DNA of 64,000 nucleotides from Candidatus Micrarchaeota archaeon CG1_02_47_40 (GCA_001871475.1 MNVE01000009.1:85120-149119); one strand, 5' to 3'; positions 17,085 through 25,810 are shown, numbered from the stretch's first letter. Program-made: numbers and translations. The notes: generated from the sequence alone by a model not told the origin.

Positions 17085-18368
17085 TCAGGATAATTTCAGA
17101 AGAAGGAAAACGTCCAGGGGAATATAGCGTATAATCTTTCCGTTTATCTCCTTCTCGTCAAAAAGCTCCTTTGTCACCATAATCCCCTCTTTCACCTTAT
17201 ACTGTTTCATGTAATAAAGAAGATTGGCAGTGTCCTGGCTCGTGATTGCAGACTGATACTTCACTTCTATTGGAAAAGAGGTTATGAAGTCCACCTCTCT
17301 TTTTTGAGAATCCCTGTAGAAGGCAGTTTTCATACAGCTCAACTTGTCATAAACGGCAGTTTCAGCCGACTGCCCAAGGGAAGGGCTCTCGCTGATTGCA
17401 TTGTAAATGGATGCGGTTTTGGTAAATATTTTTTTCTGCTTCTTCAGAGCCTTCTGAAAAGAGCCTCTTGAATAGAGTATATCCACAAGATATGCCTTTT
17501 GAAGATAAAGAAGATAGTCTGAAACCGCATGACGGCTCATCTGGAGCGCCTCGGCAAAATTCACTTCAGTATAAAGCTGGGAGGAATTTGCCGCGCATAG
17601 TTTGAGCAAATCATATAATTTGGAAGGATTATCTATCCGAAAAGTGTATGGAATGTCATCAAATACGATTTTCTCAATAGTGCTTGTGCGTATATAACCA
17701 GAAGCGGTTTTTTCATCCATCGTTACTATTTCGGGGAACGAGCCCTTTTTGAGGAATTCTTCTGCATCCTCCCTATGCCTTTTTTTCACCCTGAAAGCGT
17801 CTTTTAGCTTCGGGGTTTCTGGCGCCTCTCCTTTCATCTCAATATACTCATCAAACCGCAGAGGAGGGACATAATGCTCAAACAATCTGCCGCTCAAACT
17901 TTCCACTCCCTTTTTTATCATCAGCGAGGAAGAGCCGCTTACGATGAATTTTGCCTTTTTTTGGTCATGGTATCGTTTCAGCACTCCAGCCCAATCCTCA
18001 ACCCTGTAAATCTCATCAAGCGCTATGGTTGGATGTTCGGACTCATTTGTGAATACTTCCAGCACGTTCTTCAGTGTTTCCGTATTGACGTATTTTTTCT
18101 CGTCAAAGGAGAAATAAAAGGAGTTTTCTCCAAGAAGCTGTTTTATGAGCGTGCTTTTGCCGACTCTCCGCAAACCAGTGATGGCGGTTATAAGCCCTTT
18201 CTGAAGGCTTTCTTTTATTTCTGAAAATACCTTTCTTTTATATTCCGGAACTTCCTCCCTGCCTCCGGTATTTATCTGGGAAAAGTCCATTAGCTCCTTC
18301 TTCGTGGGTATTGCCATGTGTTCTTTTAAGAGCACAAAACTTAAAAATGTGTCCTTAAAGGGGCGCAA
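17085..18368 (-). CDS. AAA+ ATPase with a C-terminal PD-(D/E)xK-like module (COG1373 / AAA_14 + DUF4143-like); probable start at Met18, position 18317
   Basis: Walker A ITGLRRVGKSTL, Walker B IALDEIY, C-terminal REVDFITSFPIEVKY (D...ExK). The codons upstream of 18317 lie in the repeat array. Confidence 0.75.
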   Translation of the reverse strand: MRPFKDTFLSFVLLKEHMAIPTKKELMDFSQINTGGREEVPEYKRKVFSEIKESLQKGLITAITGLRRVGKSTLIKQLLGENSFYFSFDEKKYVNTETLKNVLEVFTNESEHPTIALDEIYRVEDWAGVLKRYHDQKKAKFIVSGSSSLMIKKGVESLSGRLFEHYVPPLRFDEYIEMKGEAPETPKLKDAFRVKKRHREDAEEFLKKGSFPEIVTMDEKTASGYIRTSTIEKIVFDDIPYTFRIDNPSKLYDLLKLCAANSSQLYTEVNFAEALQMSRHAVSDYLLYLQKAYLVDILYSRGSFQKALKKQKKIFTKTASIYNAISESPSLGQSAETAVYDKLSCMKTAFYRDSQKREVDFITSFPIEVKYQSAITSQDTANLLYYMKQYKVKEGIMVTKELFDEKEINGKIIRYIPLDVFLLLKLS

Positions 18369-18465
18369 AACTGGAAGATATGCTCTTGTAAGAGCAGAAA
18401 ACTTGAGAATATGCTCTTATAAGGACACGACCCTTGGAAATATGCCCTTAAAGGGGCATGTTTGT
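18316..18465. repeat. Five tandem 31-bp repeats, each with a 16-nt palindrome (consensus ATATGCYCTTNNAAGRGCA..AAAACTTG)
   Basis: Copies start at 18316, 18347, 18378, 18409 and 18440, an exact 31-bp period. Examples: tgctcttgtaagagca, tgcccttaaaggggca. The core is related to the array at 16982-17073. Confidence 0.85.
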
Positions 18466-18635
18466 TATTTTATTCGAAGAATTGGCGGAGTATTTCACGT
18501 ATACTTTCTAATTCGCCGATTTTTTCCATTTCTCCAAAAATTATGTTATATTTATCTATAATGTAATTAATGATTAAGTTATACTACAACATAACTAAAC
18601 AATAGATTTATATTGTAATACGTTATAATACACCC
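18466..18635. promoter_or_regulatory. Strongly AT-rich ~170-bp spacer between the divergent AAA+ genes (promoters; possibly an unwinding-prone region)
   Basis: Sequence such as ttatgttatatttatctataatgtaattaatgattaagttatactacaacataactaaacaatagatttatattgtaatacgttataata is visibly far more AT-rich than its surroundings. Confidence 0.5.
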
Positions 18636-20102
18636 ATGGAACCGGAAAAAGAGCAGGAACTTACCAGACTGCTGACGAATAAGCTCAACCCTTGGTGGAT
18701 AACCTCGCAGGCAGCCGCGCCGGCTTTTCAGCGAAGCGATTTTGATTATCTTTTTGAAAAAATCAAAACCTCGCGTGCGATTACCCTTATCGGACCGAGA
18801 CAGGTGGGAAAGACGACCATCTCAAAGCAGATAATCCGCCGCCTGCTTGAGCAGGGCATTCCGGCCAACCGAATCATTTACGCCGATTTCTCCGACAAGG
18901 AGATACGCCTCCAATGCGCGCACCCGCTTTACGACGTCATAAGCCTATATCGGCGGAACATTCTCCAGGAGGATTTTGAACAGCTAAAATCAGATGCATA
19001 CCTCTTTCTTGACGAGGTGCAGAAAGACGATGAATGGGCGGAAACGGTCAAGTCGTATATTGACCATTACGAAAAACTGCACATACTCTCAACAGGCTCA
19101 AGCAGCCTGAACGTTTCACAAAAAAACAAGGAAACACTTCCAGGCAGGTCGCTTCTTCAGGTCATGCTCCCGCTGAAATTCGCTGATTTTTTGCGCATCA
19201 GGAGTTTTAAAGGAATGTTCCGTCACGATGCCGATGCATTGAGAAACAGCGGCAAGGAAATGCGCAGTTGGTTTCTTCAGGCTCTCCAAAAAAGGGACTT
19301 TTCCCGTTTTGAACAGCTCTGCTTGGAGCGGAGGAGCCTGCTTTCACGGCAGGAAACCGACATTGAAGCAGAATTTGGCAATTACCTTTCCCGCGGCGGC
19401 TATCCCCAGATTGCGATAAGCGACGATGTTTCGCAGTGCAATTCCCTGCTTAACAGCTACGCCACAGATGTAATTGTAAAAGATTTGGCAGGTGCCAGCC
19501 GCGGAATCAGGGATTACGATTTGGCTGAAAAAACCTTGTATCTGCTTGCCAAAATATCCGGGGAGGAATTGAATGTTAATGAATTGCTCAAGCACCTTCA
19601 GGGCAGGCAGTACATAACGGTAAGAAAATACATCGATTTGTTCGATGAGGCATGCCTGATAAACGAAATCCCGATTTACAGCGGGACGAAACTCGGAAGC
19701 ACCAAGCACCCTAAAATCTATTTTCAGGATGTTGGGATGCGCAACGCGCTCTGCGGGCTTCTTGATGCCCCCTTCAGTGAAACGGATAAGGGGCATCTTG
19801 CTGAAACAATTGCCTGCGACCACATAAACAGGCTGTCATTCAAGCTCAATTTGAACATCCGCGGAAACGTTTATTGCTGGAAAAGCTCCAAGGGTGAGGT
19901 GGATTTCGTGGTTCGGCTGCCTCGCTTCAGGCTTGAGCTGCCCATTGAATCAAAATACCGGCGCAATCCCGAATCCGCTCCCATGCGCGAATTCCTGGAG
20001 AGCCGAAAACAGCCGCTCGGGTTGATTCTGACAAGGGACGTGCTCAAATTAGACAGGGGAGTGTTATTCATGCCAATGTGGGCGTTTGCACTAATGTGCT
20101 GA
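18636..20102 (+). CDS. AAA+ ATPase with a C-terminal PD-(D/E)xK-like module (COG1373-like), a paralog of 17085-18317
   Basis: Walker A LIGPRQVGKTT, Walker B LFLDEVQ, C-terminal GEVDFVVRLPRFRLELPIESKY. Confidence 0.75.
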   Translation: MEPEKEQELTRLLTNKLNPWWITSQAAAPAFQRSDFDYLFEKIKTSRAITLIGPRQVGKTTISKQIIRRLLEQGIPANRIIYADFSDKEIRLQCAHPLYDVISLYRRNILQEDFEQLKSDAYLFLDEVQKDDEWAETVKSYIDHYEKLHILSTGSSSLNVSQKNKETLPGRSLLQVMLPLKFADFLRIRSFKGMFRHDADALRNSGKEMRSWFLQALQKRDFSRFEQLCLERRSLLSRQETDIEAEFGNYLSRGGYPQIAISDDVSQCNSLLNSYATDVIVKDLAGASRGIRDYDLAEKTLYLLAKISGEELNVNELLKHLQGRQYITVRKYIDLFDEACLINEIPIYSGTKLGSTKHPKIYFQDVGMRNALCGLLDAPFSETDKGHLAETIACDHINRLSFKLNLNIRGNVYCWKSSKGEVDFVVRLPRFRLELPIESKYRRNPESAPMREFLESRKQPLGLILTRDVLKLDRGVLFMPMWAFALMC

Positions 20103-20110
20103 TGTTGAAA

Positions 20111-20190
20111 TGTTTCGGTTATTTTATGATATTCTTTGAGTGGCGTGTCGGTTAAAAACAGCTGAAAATAACCAATATGTCGGTTATTCC
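20111..20190. repeat. Three copies of TGT(T)TCGGTTA at 32-33 bp spacing in a convergent intergenic region
   Basis: The tcggtta cores lie at 20115, 20148 and 20180. Confidence 0.6.
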
Positions 20191-20192
20191 CA

Positions 20193-20912
20193 TCAGACTA
20201 CGGGGGGCGCAATTCTCTTGTGCCTGCTCTCTCTTATGCGCTTTGCAATGCTTCGCGCGAACTTTCCTTTTGGCTTTTTCCCTTTTTCAATTAGTGAAAG
20301 CACGGAATCTATCTCTTCGTATTCTGCGCCAAGCTCCCCTTTTGCCGAATGCCCCTTCCACAGGCGGGGAGAAGAAGATTTATTGCAGATGGAAGGAGGA
20401 ATTCCAAACTTTTTCGCAAGGGAGATTGCTTCTGTTTTATACAGATTGCCGATTGGAAGAATGTCGCACGCTCCGTCTCCGTATTTCGTGAAGTAGCCTA
20501 TTGAAATTTCGCTTTTGTCCCCTGTGCCGATTACGAGAGCATTCTCTTCATTCGCTAGTGCATATAGAATGAGCATGCGAAGGCGGGCAATAAGATTTCC
20601 AAAGGAAAGCGGTTTGAGTTTCATCGGAAGCGAGCCGGCGGTTGCGTTTGCAAGCGGGATTGCATTTATTTCGATTTTCCTTATTTTCAGCATCCGGCAT
20701 AATTCGCGCGCATCTTCCATATCTTTTTTAGGAGTGAAGGAAGAGGGAAGAAGCACACCAATAACATTCTTGCTTCCAATCGCCCTAACAGCCAATAATG
20801 CAGTTAAAGCAGAATCAACCCCTCCTGAAATCCCTATGACTGCCTTTTTCCTTTTGGCGGAGGCGAAATAGCTGCGCAATGCAAGGATGATGCGTTTTTC
20901 CTTTCCCACCAA
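20193..20912 (-). CDS. nadE: NH3-dependent NAD+ synthetase
   Basis: AVIGISGGVDSALTALLAVRAIG (SGGxDS PP-loop) and overall NadE-like length and pattern. Confidence 0.85.
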   Translation of the reverse strand: MVGKEKRIILALRSYFASAKRKKAVIGISGGVDSALTALLAVRAIGSKNVIGVLLPSSFTPKKDMEDARELCRMLKIRKIEINAIPLANATAGSLPMKLKPLSFGNLIARLRMLILYALANEENALVIGTGDKSEISIGYFTKYGDGACDILPIGNLYKTEAISLAKKFGIPPSICNKSSSPRLWKGHSAKGELGAEYEEIDSVLSLIEKGKKPKGKFARSIAKRIRESRHKRIAPPVV

Positions 20913-20918
20913 ATCACG

Positions 20919-21182
20919 TTAGTTATATGTAGTTTCAGATTTTCGTTCTATGTTGTAAACCTCTATTTCTCCTCGCCCGGCATTAACACGATAGTATATT
21001 CTATAATCTCCTATTCTTATTCTAAAGCAGTCGTTTATTCCATGGATTTTTGACATATCAAAAACACGGGCGGGCCATGGATTTGTGCTCAAAACTTCAA
21101 AAAGAGAGTATATTTTTGCTTTTGTCTTTGCATCCAGGTGTTCATACGCCTTTTTTGCTTTGTTCCCCAAGAAAACAATCAT
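20919..21182 (-). CDS. RelE/ParE-family type II toxin (the ORF extends to 21305, but Met42 at 21182 fits)
   Basis: MIVFLGNKAKKAYEHLDAKTKAKIYSLFEVLSTNPWPARVFDMSKIHGINDCFRIRIGDYRIYYRVNAGRGEIEVYNIERKSETTY is the classic RelE/ParE C-terminal pattern. Confidence 0.75.
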   Translation of the reverse strand: MIVFLGNKAKKAYEHLDAKTKAKIYSLFEVLSTNPWPARVFDMSKIHGINDCFRIRIGDYRIYYRVNAGRGEIEVYNIERKSETTYN

Positions 21183-21186
21183 TTCC

Positions 21187-21405
21187 TTACCTTGAAAGCG
21201 CCCTAAAATCTGTTTTTTCCCCTTTTTGCATCTCTTCCAAATCTCTTCGGTGTTCGGAAAGCTCCTTTTCTGAAAGTTTTTCAACCGGAATGACCGCATG
21301 CCCAACTATATCAAGCTCTTTTCGTATGGACTTTAGCTCGCGGTATATCATATCAAGAGTGATGGTTTTATGCTCGTTCATATGCCTCACCGAAAGAATA
21401 TGCAT
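21187..21405 (-). CDS. Putative cognate antitoxin (small and acidic); likely start at Met9, position 21381
   Basis: Ends 5 nt before the toxin start. MNEHKTITLDMIYRELKSIRKELD...PVEKLSEKELSEHRRDLEEMQKGE. Confidence 0.55.
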   Translation of the reverse strand: MHILSVRHMNEHKTITLDMIYRELKSIRKELDIVGHAVIPVEKLSEKELSEHRRDLEEMQKGEKTDFRALSR

Positions 21406-21432
21406 TAAGTTGTTTTTATTCTTTTGGGCTTG

Positions 21433-24108
21433 TTAATATTCAGTCTGCCCCTTGAAAAACTTCTTTTTTATCTCCTCAAAGACAAGTATGAGTGCTGCCG
21501 CCCCGACAATGACCGTCCAGTCCGAAAGCGAAAGAGAAACCGTCTGAAAATACTGTTGGAAGAAGGAAAGATATATCATTGCAAGCTGCAAAGAAATGGA
21601 AATTATTATTGCAAGAAAGAGGTATTTGTTTGAGAGAAGATTGCCGAATATTGACTGGGAGCGGCTCTTGCAGTTCAATGCATTTGCAAGCTGAAAAGCA
21701 ACGAAAGTGGTGAAGGCAACCGTACCTGCCTTTACTGGTTCATTCTGCAAGTAATAGGCAAACACCGCCACTGTTCCGGCAGCCATTGCCGCCCCGTTAA
21801 AGAGTATTGAAGTGATTAGGTTTCTTGTTACGAAAGGCTCGCCTGGGTCGCGGGGCTTCCTTTGCATCGTATCTGCCGCAGCCGGCTCAAAGCCAAGCGC
21901 TACCGCTGGAGGCCCGTCCATTATTATGTTTATCCAGAGCATCTGCAAAACCGTCATCGGAAGCCCAAGCCCAAGAAATTGCGCGGAGAACATCGTAAGG
22001 AGCGCGGCGGCGTTGGTGGAGAATTGGTAGCGCACGAACGACTTTATGTTGTCGTATATTCTTCTTCCATACTCAACGGCAGTCACTATCGTCGCGAAAT
22101 TATCATCGGTTAGAATCATGTCGGAAACTTCCTTTGCGACATCGGTGCCTGCTATTCCCATTGAAATTCCTATGTTCGCTTTTTTTATGGCAGGCGCATC
22201 ATTCACTCCGTCTCCCGTGACTGCAACGGACTCCCCTTGCGCCATGAGAAGGGAAACCGCACGGTATTTGTGGTGCGGGCTTGCGCGCGCAATCACCTTT
22301 ATTCCTTTCAGCCTCTGCGAAAGTTCTTTATCATCCATTCCGTCAAGCTCAAACCCTTCCAGCACTTCTGCCTCGCTGGATGATATGCGAAGCTCGCGCG
22401 CTATTGCAAAGGCGGTCTTTTTTCCGTCGCCGGTTATCATCATTATGCGTATGCCTGCGCTGCGGCATTTTTGCACCGCACCATAAACTTCTGCCCGGGG
22501 CGGGTCCATCATCGCAATCAGCCCAACATAAATAAGCGAGCTTTCAATTCCCTTTTGCTCCTGTGTTGAAGGGAATTTTGCTGCCTCCTTGTATGCTGCT
22601 GCGAGTATGCGCATCGCGCTCTCGCCCATCTGGTTGTTCTTCTTGTTTATTTCCAAAATATCAGCGGATGAGATTTCCCGAACTCCGCCTTCTGCAAGTA
22701 TGAATTTGCATTTTGGAAGCATCACTTCCAGAGCGCCTTTTACATATATTGTGTTTTTCCCCTCATGCGCTTTTCCCACGGACATCATCTTGCGCTCGGA
22801 GGAGAAGGGAATTTCAAGGGAAAGCGGGGTTTTTTGCCTTTCACCCTCAATGTCATAGCCGAATTTTTTTGCAGCTGCAAGCAGTGCCCCCTCCGTCGGG
22901 TCGCCTGCCATCCTCTCCCCTTGTGCTGATTCCACGATGCTTGCATTATTGCACATAACTGAAATTTCCACGAGCTTCTCAAGGCGCGAGTGAAGGGTGC
23001 CTATCTCCCTCTTTCCATCAAGCACGAAATTTCCCTCAAACTCGCTTCCAGTATCCGTTATCTCGTAATCCCCTCCTGGAAGGGAGATGCGGCGCACGGT
23101 CAGCTTGTTTTTTGTAAGTGTGCCCGTCTTATCCGTGCATATTATTGTGGTTGAGCCAAGCGCCTCCACAGCCGGAAGCTTTCTTATGAGCGCGTTCTTT
23201 TTTGCCATATTCTGCATGCCTATTGCAAGCGTGATTGCCATTATGGTGGGAAGCCCTTCAGGCACTGCCATCACAACAAGCACTATTGCGACTATGAACA
23301 TCTGCTCAAAATCCGCACCAAGGAGCACGCCGATTGCAAGATAGGCGATTGCAAGGAGGATTACGTACGCGCTTATCTTCCTCCCAAGCTCATCCATCTT
23401 TTTCTGCAGGGGGGTTTGGGTTTCGGCAGTCTGCGCAAGCGTCTGCGCCACTTTTCCGAATTCGGTGCTCTGCCCTGTCGCAAACGCAACTGCCTTTCCC
23501 CTGCCCCGCACAACTGCAGTGCGCGCAAAAACAATGTTTTTCATGTCGGAGAGGGATTGCGCTTCCTTTAATTGCGCCTCGCTTTTCACTGCCGGCACCG
23601 ATTCTCCTGTTAGAAGGGATTCGTCGCAAGCAAGGTTGATTGCTTCTATTATGCGCGCATCGGCAGGGAGCTTTTCCCCTTCAGAAAAAATCATCACGTC
23701 TCCGGGCACAATTTCCGAAGAGGGGATGATGTATTCCTTTTTATCCCGCAGGACGCGCGCCATGCTCTGCTCCATTTTTCTTAAAGCGTCTATTGAGCGC
23801 TCCGCCTTGTACTCCTGCACAAAACCGGAGAGCACAGCGAGTGCTACTGCCAGGAATATGCCTACGGCATCAATATGGTGCCCTATCCCAAGGGCGATGA
23901 TTCCCACCACCAAGAGCACACAAATTAATGGGCTTTTGAACTGCGAGAGAAGAATGTCGCGCGCTTTTGCAGGGGGTTTTTCCTTTAGTGCGTTTTTTCC
24001 GTATTGTGAAAGGCGTGCTTGCGCTTCTTTCTGCGTCAAGCCGAAAGGTGAGGAGGAGAGCGTCTCAAATGCCTTCTCAATTGAAAGGGAGTAATATTCG
24101 CCTGCCAT
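21433..24108 (-). CDS. P-type cation-transporting ATPase (P2/Ca2+-type)
   Basis: DKTGTLT phosphorylation site, TGES, MITGD and TGDGVNDAPAIKKANIG motifs, plus about 10 TM segments. Confidence 0.9.
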   Translation of the reverse strand: MAGEYYSLSIEKAFETLSSSPFGLTQKEAQARLSQYGKNALKEKPPAKARDILLSQFKSPLICVLLVVGIIALGIGHHIDAVGIFLAVALAVLSGFVQEYKAERSIDALRKMEQSMARVLRDKKEYIIPSSEIVPGDVMIFSEGEKLPADARIIEAINLACDESLLTGESVPAVKSEAQLKEAQSLSDMKNIVFARTAVVRGRGKAVAFATGQSTEFGKVAQTLAQTAETQTPLQKKMDELGRKISAYVILLAIAYLAIGVLLGADFEQMFIVAIVLVVMAVPEGLPTIMAITLAIGMQNMAKKNALIRKLPAVEALGSTTIICTDKTGTLTKNKLTVRRISLPGGDYEITDTGSEFEGNFVLDGKREIGTLHSRLEKLVEISVMCNNASIVESAQGERMAGDPTEGALLAAAKKFGYDIEGERQKTPLSLEIPFSSERKMMSVGKAHEGKNTIYVKGALEVMLPKCKFILAEGGVREISSADILEINKKNNQMGESAMRILAAAYKEAAKFPSTQEQKGIESSLIYVGLIAMMDPPRAEVYGAVQKCRSAGIRIMMITGDGKKTAFAIARELRISSSEAEVLEGFELDGMDDKELSQRLKGIKVIARASPHHKYRAVSLLMAQGESVAVTGDGVNDAPAIKKANIGISMGIAGTDVAKEVSDMILTDDNFATIVTAVEYGRRIYDNIKSFVRYQFSTNAAALLTMFSAQFLGLGLPMTVLQMLWINIIMDGPPAVALGFEPAAADTMQRKPRDPGEPFVTRNLITSILFNGAAMAAGTVAVFAYYLQNEPVKAGTVAFTTFVAFQLANALNCKSRSQSIFGNLLSNKYLFLAIIISISLQLAMIYLSFFQQYFQTVSLSLSDWTVIVGAAALILVFEEIKKKFFKGQTEY

Positions 24109-24132
24109 TGGAAGTAGATTGGGAGTTTTGCT

Positions 24133-25701
24133 TTAAAAGAAATCGCTTATTCTTGATTGTCCAATCCTGCGCTCGCGCTTTATGCCGGTTGTTCTCTTTT
24201 CTTCATCCGTTTTTTCCCGTGCTCCTTCCTTACCGCTTGCTCCGTCTTCTCGTTTTGCCTGCCGCTCTGCCCTGCCTTCATTGCTCTTCTCCTGCATTCC
24301 CTTCACTATTCTTTTCATGTTTTTTTCTTTTCTTCTTGCAGACCAAAAGTACGCCTCATCTTTTGTGTTTTGGGTGTAAAGCACAAGAACGCTTCCTGCT
24401 TTTGCCCTTCCCGCCCTTCCCCTTCTCTGTATTGTTCTTATGGCTGACGGGATTGGCTCAAAGAATATCACCGTATCCACCGCGGGTATGTCTAAGCCTT
24501 CCTCTCCTATTGAGGAGGCAACTAAAACCTGGAATGCGCCTTCCCTGAAGTTGTTTATTGTTTCCTCTTGCTCTTTTCTTGTGACTCCGTCTTTTTTCCC
24601 CACAAACCTTTCCGCAAGCACTCCCTTTCCCTTAAGCTCCCGCACCACCTCATCTATCTGGTCGCGGTATTGCACGAAAACGATTATTTTTTCATTTTTT
24701 CTTTCAAGCACAAGCTCAAGGAGCTTTCCCATTTTTGGATGTTCAGAGAGCAGGTGAAGGGAGGAGAGGAGTTTTGAAATCAAGGGATTTTCAAGCAGGC
24801 GCGCTATTGCTTTTGTTTCCTCCCTTGCTTTTAGTTTCTCCACATAATGCTCAAACACCCTTGTCCCTTGCGTTTCCAGTAATTCGGAGAGATGGGTTAA
24901 ATTGAAAAGGGTGGAGTGGTGCGAGAGCGCCCCGTATTTTGAAGGGGATTTTGAGAGAAGGATGCGGGTTTTTAGCTGCAGCAGCTCCTTTTTTGAATTC
25001 ATGCGCACCGGGTAGCCGAGCTTTGCAAGGGTTTCCCTTTCTTTTTTCATCATTTCATCAAGGGGCTTTTTCAGGGAAAGAAGCTCTTGTGTTAGTTTTA
25101 CGGGGATGAAGGAGATTTTCATTTTCTGCACGTATGGCGCGACATCCTCATCCTCTTCTGTGCGTATCTGCACGTTTGAGATGAAAAGAGCCTCCACTAT
25201 TTCCTGTATTTTCTTTGCTTCCGAGCCCGGGGAGGCAGTAAGCCCCAAAATAAGCGCCCCCTTTTCGTTTGCCTTTTTTGCAATGAAAGTGTATGCATAA
25301 TTGCCTACTGCCCTGTGCGCCTCGTCAAACAGAATGTATGCAAAGTCGAATGCCGCTCTCCCGCTTTCAATGTCATTCTTGAGAGTTTGGGGGGTGGAGA
25401 TGCACAGGAGTTTTTTCCAGAGTTCTGCCCTTTTTTTAGGAGAAATTTCCCCGGAGATTAGGGCAACCTCCTCCGGCGGAAGGTCTGTCAGCTTCAATAC
25501 AGTTTCCAAATGCTGTTTTGCCAATGGCTTTGTCGGCGCAAGGAAGGCACATTTTCCATCTTTTATTTTCTCCTTCAGCACAAGAAGGGCGATTAGAGTT
25601 TTTCCCAAGCCGGTTGGAAGCACTACGAGAGAATTGTGATTAGGAAGAATTGTGCTGGTGATGTTCTCTTGGTAGGCGCGGGGAGGGAGGGAGATTTGCA
25701 T
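24133..25701 (-). CDS. hef: Hef/ERCC4-related SF2 helicase (COG1111-like), helicase domains only, with a KE-rich tail
   Basis: LPTGLGKT (motif I), FDEAHRA (DEAH), LTASPG, QRRGRAGR (motif VI). The C-terminal ~70 aa are K/E/R-rich. Confidence 0.75.
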   Translation of the reverse strand: MQISLPPRAYQENITSTILPNHNSLVVLPTGLGKTLIALLVLKEKIKDGKCAFLAPTKPLAKQHLETVLKLTDLPPEEVALISGEISPKKRAELWKKLLCISTPQTLKNDIESGRAAFDFAYILFDEAHRAVGNYAYTFIAKKANEKGALILGLTASPGSEAKKIQEIVEALFISNVQIRTEEDEDVAPYVQKMKISFIPVKLTQELLSLKKPLDEMMKKERETLAKLGYPVRMNSKKELLQLKTRILLSKSPSKYGALSHHSTLFNLTHLSELLETQGTRVFEHYVEKLKAREETKAIARLLENPLISKLLSSLHLLSEHPKMGKLLELVLERKNEKIIVFVQYRDQIDEVVRELKGKGVLAERFVGKKDGVTRKEQEETINNFREGAFQVLVASSIGEEGLDIPAVDTVIFFEPIPSAIRTIQRRGRAGRAKAGSVLVLYTQNTKDEAYFWSARRKEKNMKRIVKGMQEKSNEGRAERQAKREDGASGKEGAREKTDEEKRTTGIKRERRIGQSRISDFF

Positions 25702-25810
25702 ATGGAATGAATTAGCCTGCAGATATAATATATTATTAGCTGATTGCCTTCATTTCGCAAAAAACAAGCATTAATAAACCCCTTTTTACCTAAATAAGGC
25801 AGGTGAGGAT

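Noticed and set aside
18316-18465. Possible CRISPR array, since it contains five ~31-nt repeats with internal palindromes.
   Set aside because: The repeats are directly adjacent with no unique spacers. The copies are imperfect and no cas genes are in the window. It fits an operator or iteron array, not CRISPR.
23465-24094. A 209-aa plus-strand ORF. Similar long antisense ORFs occur at 28320-28961, 28558-29295, 57213-57872 and 57653-58333.
   Set aside because: All are antisense to genes with unambiguous catalytic motifs (P-type ATPase, GlyRS, PolB) and have skewed composition.
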